Source of the DNA: a virus
Taxonomy: Duplodnaviria > Caudoviricetes
Strand: one strand, 5' to 3'
IMG/VR virus record: IMGVR_UViG_3300035007_000011
Span: 1-55,543 of that record
Length of the DNA stretch: 55,543 bases
The notes under the pieces were generated by a model. That model made no database searches and was not told the origin of the DNA. It saw only the letters and a list, made by a program, of their open reading frames with translations. Position numbers and translations under genes: made by a program. This document shows, piece after piece, positions 1 to 8,719 of this stretch; position 1 is the first letter of the stretch, and each line of letters opens with the position of its first letter.

Positions 1-36
1 CAACGATTCAAAGAAGTTTTTCAACAAGTTGGAGTT

Positions 37-840
37 GTGATGAATGCAAATTCAGATCGATGGGATGATGCCGATTTTGGTGAAGTGCCGCACCAAATCG
101 AGGCATCGGGACAATCGACAATTTTCTACGACGATAGCGTAGAGCCGCCTGCACCCGATAAATACGCAACAATTCCAGATTACGAACAAGCCCATGCTCA
201 ATGGGTGATAAAAAATGAACCAGAGGAAAAAAATATGACATTTCAATTTTCTGCAACCAATGCTATAGCTGACCAAATCGCCCAATTACAACAACAATTA
301 AACCAACTTGTTGCATCTCTAAAGCCATTACAAGAGTGTCAGCAGAAAGCTGAGGAATTGCGATCGCAAGTCGCAGAATATGGCAACGAAATGGTAAACA
401 AGGGAATCCCCCAAATTGATATCATCCGATATGCTCAAGCGCTTTATAGTGCTGTTAGCGGAACAGAATTTATAGATAGCGGTAGTGACGCGTTGGCGGA
501 AGCCTTGTCGTCAGACATCGCTGCTCAAAATGAAGTTATTGCCAAATTGAAAAATGAAGCTGCAATCGCCCGAAATGAGGCAACGATGGCGTTAGCTTCC
601 GAGCGCGATAGGATGAGCATTGAAACCACAAGGCATTTTACGGAGGAAGAATTCCTCCGTAAAGATGCCTTGAAACTGACAGTATTAGTTGAAAGTGCGA
701 TCACCGAACGAGATAATGCGATCGCGTTATTAGAAAGAGTTCAGAATGAAAATGTCAGCCTTGTTGAAGCACTTCAGCAATTGGAGGCGCTCACAGAAGA
801 TGTCGAATCCCAACAAACAGACGCAGCCACCAGGGGATAG
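37..840 (+). CDS. Hypothetical phage protein, coiled-coil rich
   Basis: 267-aa ORF with Q/E/A/L heptad character; no family recognised. Confidence 0.6.
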   Translation: MMNANSDRWDDADFGEVPHQIEASGQSTIFYDDSVEPPAPDKYATIPDYEQAHAQWVIKNEPEEKNMTFQFSATNAIADQIAQLQQQLNQLVASLKPLQECQQKAEELRSQVAEYGNEMVNKGIPQIDIIRYAQALYSAVSGTEFIDSGSDALAEALSSDIAAQNEVIAKLKNEAAIARNEATMALASERDRMSIETTRHFTEEEFLRKDALKLTVLVESAITERDNAIALLERVQNENVSLVEALQQLEALTEDVESQQTDAATRG

Positions 841-917
841 CGGGAAGGATGGGAGCCGCGTCTCTTCAGAGCGCGGGGGAAATCCGACTCGTGCGAATTT
901 ATTCGCCTCCAATATTA

Positions 918-1322
918 TCAACCATGATGAGGATCGTTTATATACCGTTCTATAGTATCAGCAGCAACGTTTCCAGCGGTTGAAAAAAAATAGCTACTAG
1001 TCCAGAGTGATGGCAGTCTTTTTAATTCTGGAAATTCCTTTCTTAGATAATTCGATGAGCGTCCTTTAAATGCTTTAACTACTTGGAATATTGCATCAGT
1101 TGGATGAATCTCTATAAATAAATGAATATGGTCTGGCGCAACTTCTAATGCGCGAATATTCCAGCCTTTTTCAGTAGCTAATTCTGAAAATATCTCGAAA
1201 ATTCTATCCCTAATTTTTCCAACAAGTACTTTTTTTCTGCGTTTAGGTATCCAGACTAAATGAATCACGCTTAGTCCAATAGCATGATTATAATGTCGAT
1301 ATTCATAAGAGCTTTTTTTCAT
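918..1322 (-). CDS. tnpA: IS200-family Y1 (HUH) transposase
   Basis: HLVWIPKRR, PDHIHLF (HUH), LWTSSYF and IERYI (catalytic Tyr) motifs. Confidence 0.95.
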   Translation of the reverse strand: MKKSSYEYRHYNHAIGLSVIHLVWIPKRRKKVLVGKIRDRIFEIFSELATEKGWNIRALEVAPDHIHLFIEIHPTDAIFQVVKAFKGRSSNYLRKEFPELKRLPSLWTSSYFFSTAGNVAADTIERYINDPHHG

Positions 1323-1397
1323 AGGATTAGGGCTTGACTTGCTTTTGATTGTAGATTAGTATACTGATATCGTCAATCCTGTCAACAAAATCAACCC

Positions 1398-2903
1398 GTG
1401 CAAATACGCTGGAAGTTCAAGCTACAACCAAATATTGGGCAGCAAGCCCTAATGTCTGAGTGGCTTGTTACTTTACGGAAACACAGAAATTATTGTTTAG
1501 CAGAACGTCAACACGGTTTTGAAACCAATAATCAGAAATCAGACGAGCTAGTGATGTACCAGTACGGTGCATTCTCAGATTTAGATACTCGACTTGAATA
1601 CGGTTCTTATTGCCCTTTAACTTGCCCTATTGTTAAGCATGGGGTGATGTCTGCTGAGTTAACAAAAAACAGCAAGAAACATGGTTTAGCCTGGGGGAGC
1701 GCGGCTGACATTCAAAGTAAAAGAACAACTGAATTGCGCTCAGAGTCTGAATGGTATAGTCGGGTTAACTCAGATGTTTTGCAAGGTAATTTGGCTAAAC
1801 TAGATACTGCTTATAATGGATTCTTTCAGCATAAAAGAGGGTTTCCAGCATTTCGCAAAGCAGCTAATTTTAAAACCTTTCAATTTAAGCCAGGACAAGT
1901 AAAGCTAACCGTTAATCGAACATCTAACAAGAAGCGATGCTATTCTCATGCCTACTTCCCATGTCTGGGTAATATGCGTTACTTAGATAGTCGAACTATT
2001 CCGATTGACGCTGAGATTAGAACAGTCACGGTAATTAAAGAAGCTGACGGATGGTACATGAGTGTATTGCTCAACCTACCAGAATCATTGCCTGATGTGT
2101 CAGATATTGAAACCGTATCCTCAGCAGTAGGTATTGATGTAGGGATTAACAAGTTAATTTCGCTCACTGATGGTTCGTTTATTGAAAATCCCAAGTTCGC
2201 AACTAATAAGAAAATTCGTCGTCAACTAAGAATTAGACAGCGCAGAGTTAATCGTAAAGTCAAGGGTTCTAAGAATCGCAAGAAAGCTGGTATAACAGTC
2301 GCTAAACTGCATAAAAAGATTGCTGACAAGCGAAATGCTCATCAATGGAAAGCAGCCAATAAAGTTGTTAGTACTGCTGCGGCGATTGTTCAAGAGGATC
2401 TAAATGTTAAAGCCATGAAGTCCCGGTGTAAGCCCAAGAGGGGGAAAGGACGATTCATGGCTAATGGACAATCTGCAAAGCGCGGATTAAACCGATCTAT
2501 TTCTGATGCTAGTTGGGGCGAATTATTTTCCAAGATAGCTTGGTTAGCGTTGAAATCTGGTAAGCCGGTATCCATAGTCAACCCTAAGTTCACTTCTCAG
2601 GAATGTTCAAGTTGCCATCATGTAAGCTCTTCTAATAGAGATGGTGAGAAATTCATTTGTGAAAACTGCGGTCATATTGATCATGCCGACACTCAAGCTT
2701 CTCGAACGATTTTGGGTAGAGCTAATTTAAAATTTGTCAGTACAAGACATAAAAACCTACCTGCGGACTGCGGGGAAGTCACGCTTGTCAGAGATGATTC
2801 TGCCGAATTCGGCAAACAGAATCAGGGCAAGAACCGTACATCTAAGGTAGTACCTGAAAAACGGATATTAATTGAGCCGTTGCAATTGCAATTGTTTGAT
2901 TAA
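1398..2903 (+). CDS. tnpB: RNA-guided endonuclease TnpB
   Basis: RuvC motifs GIDVG, VQEDL and HADTQA; Zn finger TSQECSSC...CENCG; N-terminal HTH. Confidence 0.93.
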   Translation: MQIRWKFKLQPNIGQQALMSEWLVTLRKHRNYCLAERQHGFETNNQKSDELVMYQYGAFSDLDTRLEYGSYCPLTCPIVKHGVMSAELTKNSKKHGLAWGSAADIQSKRTTELRSESEWYSRVNSDVLQGNLAKLDTAYNGFFQHKRGFPAFRKAANFKTFQFKPGQVKLTVNRTSNKKRCYSHAYFPCLGNMRYLDSRTIPIDAEIRTVTVIKEADGWYMSVLLNLPESLPDVSDIETVSSAVGIDVGINKLISLTDGSFIENPKFATNKKIRRQLRIRQRRVNRKVKGSKNRKKAGITVAKLHKKIADKRNAHQWKAANKVVSTAAAIVQEDLNVKAMKSRCKPKRGKGRFMANGQSAKRGLNRSISDASWGELFSKIAWLALKSGKPVSIVNPKFTSQECSSCHHVSSSNRDGEKFICENCGHIDHADTQASRTILGRANLKFVSTRHKNLPADCGEVTLVRDDSAEFGKQNQGKNRTSKVVPEKRILIEPLQLQLFD

Positions 2904-2957
2904 GAATCCCCGTTCCCTTTAGGGCGGGGAGTGTCAAGGGACTTGATGTGGCTAATA
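2740..2957 (+). ncRNA. Predicted TnpB omega/reRNA (scaffold overlaps tnpB 3' end; guide from flank ~2938-2957)
   Basis: Inferred from established IS605 architecture and the TCAA right end; 5' boundary approximate. Confidence 0.5.
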
Positions 2958-3017
2958 AATCGGGGGACATTGTGATGAAGGAGTGTACGCATTTGTTCGC
3001 TGCTCATCTTCGCGCCT

Positions 3018-3027
3018 GGGAACTTTA
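3018..3027 (+). promoter_or_regulatory. GGGAAnnnTA late-promoter motif (portal)
   Basis: GGGAACTTTA, 8 nt before the portal ATG; the same motif precedes other virion units. Confidence 0.6.
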
Positions 3028-3035
3028 TAAATAAA

Positions 3036-4517
3036 ATGCCCACTCTCCAGTCCCTCAAGCGTTGCCACTCGGAACATCAAAATTACTGCGATTATTGGGG
3101 GTTGCTCACGGCTACCGTTGAGGGCGGGGATGCGATGACTGATGCAATGAAACGCAAGCTGTTGCCTAACCCAGATGGTAGACCCGAAGCGGTGATGAAA
3201 GAACGGGTAAAATTAGCTACCTATTGTAATAAAATCGCTCCGATACTTTCACGGTTTAACTCGGAACTCTTCAAAAACCCCGCCACACCGACCGGGAGTG
3301 ATGACCCTTTTTGGAGTGAGCAGTTTTTCAGTGGCGGTGCATTACTTGATGGTGACGACGACGGACGGGCTAGTTTTAACACCTTCCTGATGCAAGCGAT
3401 GATGATGGGGCTGACCACCGGGAAGGCAGTAGCTCAGATTGATACAAAAAGGGCAATCGGCGCTGTCAGCAAGGCACAGCAACGAGAATCCGGCGAACTT
3501 AACCCCTATGTTATTCTGCATCCGAGGTCAGCATTGTGGGATTGGGATAGCGGGAGGGATGGATTTGATTTTGTCAAGTTACATCAATTTCGATTGGTGC
3601 GATCAGGATGGGAGGCTACACCCACGCCGGAACACGTTTTCACAATCTATTACCGTGAAAATGGTGCAGTGTTCACATCTAAATATGTAGTGAGAAAGAT
3701 TGAGCGCGATTCTAAACCGCCACTTCCACAACCTTTCATTAGCTCGGTAACAGACCGCGATATATCTATAGAAGCAATTATAGAAGGGCAGCCGATATTT
3801 AATGTGGGGGGTAAATTTGAGTTTCCAATTGTGACTTTGACTTTACCCAAAGCACTGTGGATGGCTGCACAGTTGTTTGATTGTCAAAAAAGCTACTTCA
3901 CCCAAACAGCAGCGCTTGAATACGCCCTGTACTCCAACAACTTTGCAATGCCGGTGATAACTGGGGTGGATGACGATGAAGACCCATTGGGGGGACGGTT
4001 GATGGGGGACGGGTATTATTTGACTTTGAAAACTGGACAAGGGATAACCACATTTGAACGTAGTGGTGCAAGTATTCAAACTGCTATAGCTTACCGCGCC
4101 GAAGTAAAACGCGATATATATGACGTGCTGCAACAAATAGCGATGAGTGCTAGTGATGGGGCTTCAATTATTGCTCGTAGTGGTGAATCGAAATCCGAAG
4201 ACAGAAGACCTGAAGAGATTTTATTAGAACGCTACGGGCAAATTGTGAAGGAATTTCTTGTACAGGTGCTTAAGCCTGCCGCTATAGCACGGGGTGAAAT
4301 AGTGGATTGGGCGGTCACTGGATACGACGATTTTTTGGGGTTTAATATCACTGATTTGCTCACCGATATGGAGGGGATAGAGAAAGCTGCTATTCCATCA
4401 CCCACATTTAAAAAGGAAATTCAAAAGCACTTTGTTAAACGTGCAGCTAGGGTGTACGACCTCGATCAAAATGCAGTGGAGCGAAGTCTTGAAGAAATTG
4501 ATGGTATTGAGGTTTGA
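3036..4517 (+). CDS. Phage portal protein
   Basis: 493 aa; N-terminal YCNKIAPIL, C-terminal ARSGESKSEDRR..EEILL..YG pattern typical of siphophage portals. Confidence 0.75.
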   Translation: MPTLQSLKRCHSEHQNYCDYWGLLTATVEGGDAMTDAMKRKLLPNPDGRPEAVMKERVKLATYCNKIAPILSRFNSELFKNPATPTGSDDPFWSEQFFSGGALLDGDDDGRASFNTFLMQAMMMGLTTGKAVAQIDTKRAIGAVSKAQQRESGELNPYVILHPRSALWDWDSGRDGFDFVKLHQFRLVRSGWEATPTPEHVFTIYYRENGAVFTSKYVVRKIERDSKPPLPQPFISSVTDRDISIEAIIEGQPIFNVGGKFEFPIVTLTLPKALWMAAQLFDCQKSYFTQTAALEYALYSNNFAMPVITGVDDDEDPLGGRLMGDGYYLTLKTGQGITTFERSGASIQTAIAYRAEVKRDIYDVLQQIAMSASDGASIIARSGESKSEDRRPEEILLERYGQIVKEFLVQVLKPAAIARGEIVDWAVTGYDDFLGFNITDLLTDMEGIEKAAIPSPTFKKEIQKHFVKRAARVYDLDQNAVERSLEEIDGIEV

Positions 4518-4561
4518 AGCGTTACTATTCCTCGTCCATCTTCTTAGATGGGCGGGGTAGT

Positions 4562-4885
4562 TCATACATCAATTGCATCAGGTAAATAATTTGCCTTGAC
4601 GAAATTATAAAATAGTTCCAACCCAGTGCCATAAAATAAATTAGTCATCGGGTTCGTTGAATCTTCCGCAAGCGTCGGCATTTCCATTTCGTAGGCAAAG
4701 TTTCTAATCGCTTGCCCGTCAATCATTGCTTGACTTGCCCACAAAGAAAGTCGAAAGTAAATTGTTGAGCCATCTCTCCAAAGTGCTTCTGTTACACGCA
4801 AATATCCATCAACGATAGTGATACTACCGGATGGATTTTCTTCACTGATTGGGACTTCCCAAGTAACGGTTGCTTGAATAGACAT
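4562..4885 (-). CDS. Hypothetical protein coupled to fibre gene (possible fibre chaperone)
   Basis: ATG at 4885 overlaps the stop of the upstream gene. Confidence 0.5.
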   Translation of the reverse strand: MSIQATVTWEVPISEENPSGSITIVDGYLRVTEALWRDGSTIYFRLSLWASQAMIDGQAIRNFAYEMEMPTLAEDSTNPMTNLFYGTGLELFYNFVKANYLPDAIDV

Positions 4886-6360
4886 TATGGTGTTGCTCCT
4901 GCAATAATCGATATTGTTGGTGTACTCGTTCCTGTAAGGACTGTCAAGTTTGCCCTGACATAAAGGAAACATTTTGAAACAATAAATACTGCACTGCTAT
5001 TTGTGGGGTCGGTTAAGGTAGCAAGGTTATACCAATTTACACCACTGCTCGTCATGCTCCCCTCTATCGCGCAGCTAATTGTGGAAACCGTTCCGCCAGA
5101 AATAATTAATTGTGCTGTGAGATTGGAATAAGTGCTGTATAAATTATTGCTTGCTCCTGCACCTATTGCGGTAACTCCGGTTAGCAGATTTAAGTTTGCA
5201 GTTCCCGGTGCAACCAAGCTTCTACCTAAACCGGGAGCAGCATTACCAGCACTTCTGCGTCTATCCCAAGTAGCACCGTTATACGCATATCCTGCGGCGA
5301 TCGCTGCTGGGGAAGTAGGCAAAGTTAAAGATTCATTAAGTGCAACTGCTCCACTAAATTCTGTATCAACAGTATTTGAAGAGAGTGTTACAGATTGAGG
5401 ACTGAAAAACGTTACCGTCTGAACTGGCAGTGAAGATGGGGCATTGTTGCTACATTGAACAATTGCGGCTACAGTCCCCGAAGTGTAGCCAGTGACGCGA
5501 ACTCTAAAAAACCTTCCCTGCTTGGGAATCTGATATAAAGTGTTGAGGGTGATACTACTAAAAGCAATGGCGTTACCGTTGATCATGTAGTAGCCACCAT
5601 TCGTAAAGGTGATGCCATCGTTAGAAAACTGAACTTGAATGCCTGCACTCCAAGCTCCAGTCAATTGCAAAGTTATCCAACTAAAATCACTAACATCTAC
5701 AGATGCAATCACATCTGTGTTTATTGCATTGGCACTACCAGATAGATTAAGAATTGCACCAACAGTATTTGTTTTGATGCGATCGCTTACAAGGGCAGAA
5801 GGTAACTTTGCATTTACAGCAGCAATTGTCGTTTCTGTAGCAACAGCTCCAATTGTTCCTAAGTTTGCAGTAACAGCACCAGATATGGGTTGAGTCACAC
5901 CACTGCCATCAATTTTAAGGCGATCGCTGACAAGTGCAGAAGGCAACTTATTACTTATTGCAGATAAAGCAATATCTAATTTTACAGATAATAATCTTTT
6001 GACAAAAGCAAGGAAACTAAAAGTTCCAGTGTCGGTTGTCGCTGCTGTATCCGTCGTACTTCCAAAGTTTGTAGAAAATGCCCCGTCACTAGAAAGCGTT
6101 ACCGGGATTGATTGCGCCGCCGTTTTTGCTCCTAAAGTATTGGTGCGATCGCTTATTAATTGCTTTACCTCATCTTGTTTACTTCCAGTAGCCGGGTCGC
6201 TCGTCGTTTTACTATCAATCGAAGTTAACTTTGCTATCTCTTCTTGCTGATTAGCAGCACTGGCATCTCCACCGCCACCACTGCCCCCACCCCCAGAAAC
6301 CGGAAGCGGATTATCGGAAGTGAATTCCTTTCTAATGGCTTTTGCAATATCACTGGACAT
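4885..6360 (-). CDS. Fibre-like virion protein (head or tail fibre / receptor binding)
   Basis: S/T/A/G-rich, beta-rich C-terminus, internal repeat KLPSALVSDR x2, preceded by GGGCATAATA motif (6455-6464, minus strand). Confidence 0.55.
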   Translation of the reverse strand: MSSDIAKAIRKEFTSDNPLPVSGGGGSGGGGDASAANQQEEIAKLTSIDSKTTSDPATGSKQDEVKQLISDRTNTLGAKTAAQSIPVTLSSDGAFSTNFGSTTDTAATTDTGTFSFLAFVKRLLSVKLDIALSAISNKLPSALVSDRLKIDGSGVTQPISGAVTANLGTIGAVATETTIAAVNAKLPSALVSDRIKTNTVGAILNLSGSANAINTDVIASVDVSDFSWITLQLTGAWSAGIQVQFSNDGITFTNGGYYMINGNAIAFSSITLNTLYQIPKQGRFFRVRVTGYTSGTVAAIVQCSNNAPSSLPVQTVTFFSPQSVTLSSNTVDTEFSGAVALNESLTLPTSPAAIAAGYAYNGATWDRRRSAGNAAPGLGRSLVAPGTANLNLLTGVTAIGAGASNNLYSTYSNLTAQLIISGGTVSTISCAIEGSMTSSGVNWYNLATLTDPTNSSAVFIVSKCFLYVRANLTVLTGTSTPTISIIAGATP

Positions 6361-6380
6361 AATTTTATATATTAAGTTAC

Positions 6381-6449
6381 GAAGGAAGAAGTTCGTAGGA
6401 AGGAGGAAGAGGGATGAGTAACAAAGAAGTTTTCTAACCTTTCTTCCTT
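6381..6449. repeat. GAAGGAA-type heptamer array / imperfect hairpin, copy 1
   Basis: gaaggaaGAAGTTCGTAGGAAggaggaagagggatgag...ctttcttcctt; lies in the leader of the 4885-6360 gene. Confidence 0.8.
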
Positions 6450-6514
6450 ATTGTTATTATGCCCAGTAAAAAACCCTCGGTTGATTGAGGGTTGGCAGCG
6501 TCATGTATGTAACT

Positions 6515-7270
6515 TTAAAATGGCACGTCTGGGTCATCGTCGCCATCATTAGCTTTTTTCAAAGGTTTGTTATCACACGTCCAGTAGAAGGTTGGTAGTT
6601 TGATATCGAGTTTTAGAATACGTTTGCCTTTCCACCGCAATTCAAGTAATCCTACTTTGTCCCACTTGCAAAATATTTGCACCGGTGGAAACTGTCGGTA
6701 GGGCGTTTCTGGTGGTTTGTAGTTGCTGCGTTCCCCCATGTGAAGCAGCAATTTGTACACAGCTTTACAATCAGCTAGTGCGCGGTGTTCTCCGCCTCCG
6801 GGTAGTTTCTGCCACCTGTAATTACCGTAATAATCATTCCACGCGCCGTAGTATTGGGCGTACCAAAGCATTGCACACTCGGAATAGAATTTGATTGGTT
6901 CCAAGTTGTGCAGTTGGCAGCAGTAACGGATGATGTTGCAGTCGAAGGCTTCGTTGTAAATTATGACTTTTTTACCCTCAATCAGTTGTTTCAATTTAGG
7001 GTAAATATCGGGGAATGTGGGAGCATTCGCTACCATTTCATCGGTTATTTTGTGGATATAAGTTGACGATGAGGGTATTGGAATTGTGGGCTTTACGAGT
7101 GTGTTTAACAAGGGCTGTCCCCACTGTGTCATCACGCAAATGTCCACTATCTCAGCATCGCCTAGTCCAGTGGTTTCTGTGTCGAGGATGAAGAATCTCT
7201 GGCTGTGTAAGAGATTGTATGCCCAGCTTTGTGCTTCTTGCTTGTCTTCTTTATCGTGGTATTCTGTCAT
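6515..7270 (-). CDS. DEDDh 3'-5' exonuclease (DnaQ-like)
   Basis: ILDTETTG, YNEAFD and HRALADC motifs; SSB-like acidic tail DDDPDVPF. Confidence 0.9.
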   Translation of the reverse strand: MTEYHDKEDKQEAQSWAYNLLHSQRFFILDTETTGLGDAEIVDICVMTQWGQPLLNTLVKPTIPIPSSSTYIHKITDEMVANAPTFPDIYPKLKQLIEGKKVIIYNEAFDCNIIRYCCQLHNLEPIKFYSECAMLWYAQYYGAWNDYYGNYRWQKLPGGGEHRALADCKAVYKLLLHMGERSNYKPPETPYRQFPPVQIFCKWDKVGLLELRWKGKRILKLDIKLPTFYWTCDNKPLKKANDGDDDPDVPF

Positions 7271-7533
7271 TTTTCTTGGCATAATAAACAAGTTTGTCCG
7301 TTTGGGTGATATTTGCACTTTCGGTTCTTGGGAACCTTGTACAAATTCAATCGTAGCAACGCTTTTTTACGTTCCTCTAACCATATTTTATATGGCGTGT
7401 ATTCACGACTACCAAAGGGGTAAGCTGCGTCAATTAGTGTTTTTAAGTTAGCGCCGGGTGGTGCTGATTTGATGGCATTATTGATGGCTTCAACACTCAA
7501 AGAACGCCAAATGCTAGGCTTAAATCTGCTCAT
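7267..7533 (-). CDS. Hypothetical phage protein
   Basis: 88 aa with AYPFG.R...PYKIWLEE and C-terminal Cys; coupled to the exonuclease gene. Confidence 0.6.
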   Translation of the reverse strand: MSRFKPSIWRSLSVEAINNAIKSAPPGANLKTLIDAAYPFGSREYTPYKIWLEERKKALLRLNLYKVPKNRKCKYHPNGQTCLLCQEK

Positions 7534-7600
7534 TTATGTTCGTCTCCAAACGACTTAAACATTGTCGAAACATTTCCAAATTAAAGTTTAGAACCATTAT

Positions 7601-7712
7601 CAAGAGGGTGCCGTGACTAGGGTAACGGCACCCTCTTGCTAGGTAATCTGGTCAATACGGCTTGCTTGATTTCTCATGCAAGCCCCGTCTATGAGTGAGC
7701 GGGGTTATTGAC
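7601..7712 (-). mobile_element. Miniature IS200/IS605 (IscB/HEARO-type) non-autonomous element
   Basis: Minus strand begins GTCAATAACCCCGC..GGGGCTTG..AAGCCGTATTGACCAG (omegaRNA-like start). The other end is a 14-bp hairpin caagagggtgccgt/acggcaccctcttg. No ORF. Confidence 0.65.
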
Positions 7713-7840
7713 GAAAATCTTCGGAATTTAATTCTTGAAAACCGGGGTCGTAATTCTCTGTGTATTGCATGTGTTATAGGGAGTTGACCAGCCCCGTTGG
7801 GGCTAAACCTGCAACCCTTCTTCATGACACTCCCTGCTGT

Positions 7841-8644
7841 TTAAACTACTTGAATTAATTCGCAGTTTCTAGATTTCAAATAATCTAGAAACTGTGCAAG
7901 TTGTTCATCCTTTAAAAACTGTCTTGAGCGCACATGGAATAATTCAAATAATATACCTTTAGCCGCATCAATTGCAATATTTTTGTGTTTGATAATTGAT
8001 TCAATCTCGGCATTTAACAGATTGCGGTCGTAGGCATTTGTTGAAATTGTTGGCTCGATTTCGATTCTTTTTTCTACTAACTTTGGCTGTTGAATAATTT
8101 CTACGTTTACTGCATTCCCCTCTTCATCAACTTGAGCGCCCATTTCTTCTAGGGTGTAGACGCAAACTCCCAGCAATACATCTGGGCAGTACCACCGCAC
8201 ACCATTAGAAAGTGCGCGAGAAAACAACATGTTGCGGGGAAATTTACGCCAGTTATCACCGTTAGCAACACCCGCTTTTTGAGCATCTTCTAGAGAAAAG
8301 GACGATTCACCAATCACTTCACCATTCTCATAAAAAACAACGGTGCAAACTTTTCCATCATGAGTTGTGATGCGGTAATTGTATTTACCGCTGCGCTTAA
8401 CCGCAGCCGCCATTAAATTAGCACCAATAGTAGGCTTACCTTTGATGATGTGAATGCCCGTCATTGAAGCAACCGCACCAAAGCCCATTTCCAAGCCTGC
8501 CAACACTTTTACGCCAGCTTGAGCTGCTTCTTTGCTATCAGTGAAATAGCCAGACTTAGAAAGCATCACAGATAGTCTGCTTAAGTCTTCCATCGATTTG
8601 ATTTGCAAAGTTCCAGTTACATTTTGCGGGATTAAATTACTCAT
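7841..8644 (-). CDS. RecT-like single-strand annealing protein
   Basis: GIHIIKGKP and WRKFPRNMLFSRALSNGVRWYCPD motifs; near the exonuclease gene. Confidence 0.8.
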   Translation of the reverse strand: MSNLIPQNVTGTLQIKSMEDLSRLSVMLSKSGYFTDSKEAAQAGVKVLAGLEMGFGAVASMTGIHIIKGKPTIGANLMAAAVKRSGKYNYRITTHDGKVCTVVFYENGEVIGESSFSLEDAQKAGVANGDNWRKFPRNMLFSRALSNGVRWYCPDVLLGVCVYTLEEMGAQVDEEGNAVNVEIIQQPKLVEKRIEIEPTISTNAYDRNLLNAEIESIIKHKNIAIDAAKGILFELFHVRSRQFLKDEQLAQFLDYLKSRNCELIQVV

Positions 8645-8719
8645 TGTTTCATCCAAATTTTGAGTTTGATTTTACAAAAATTTAATGAGGTGCGGTCAAA
8701 AAGTGACCGCACCTTAACT

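Larger units (their letters stand above)
841..2937. mobile_element. IS200/IS605-family element (divergent tnpA + tnpB)
   Basis: Subterminal hairpin ccgcgtctcttcagagcgcgg (~856-876). Right end gaatccccgttccctttagggcggggagtgTCAA ends at 2937. Left boundary is approximate. Confidence 0.85.
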
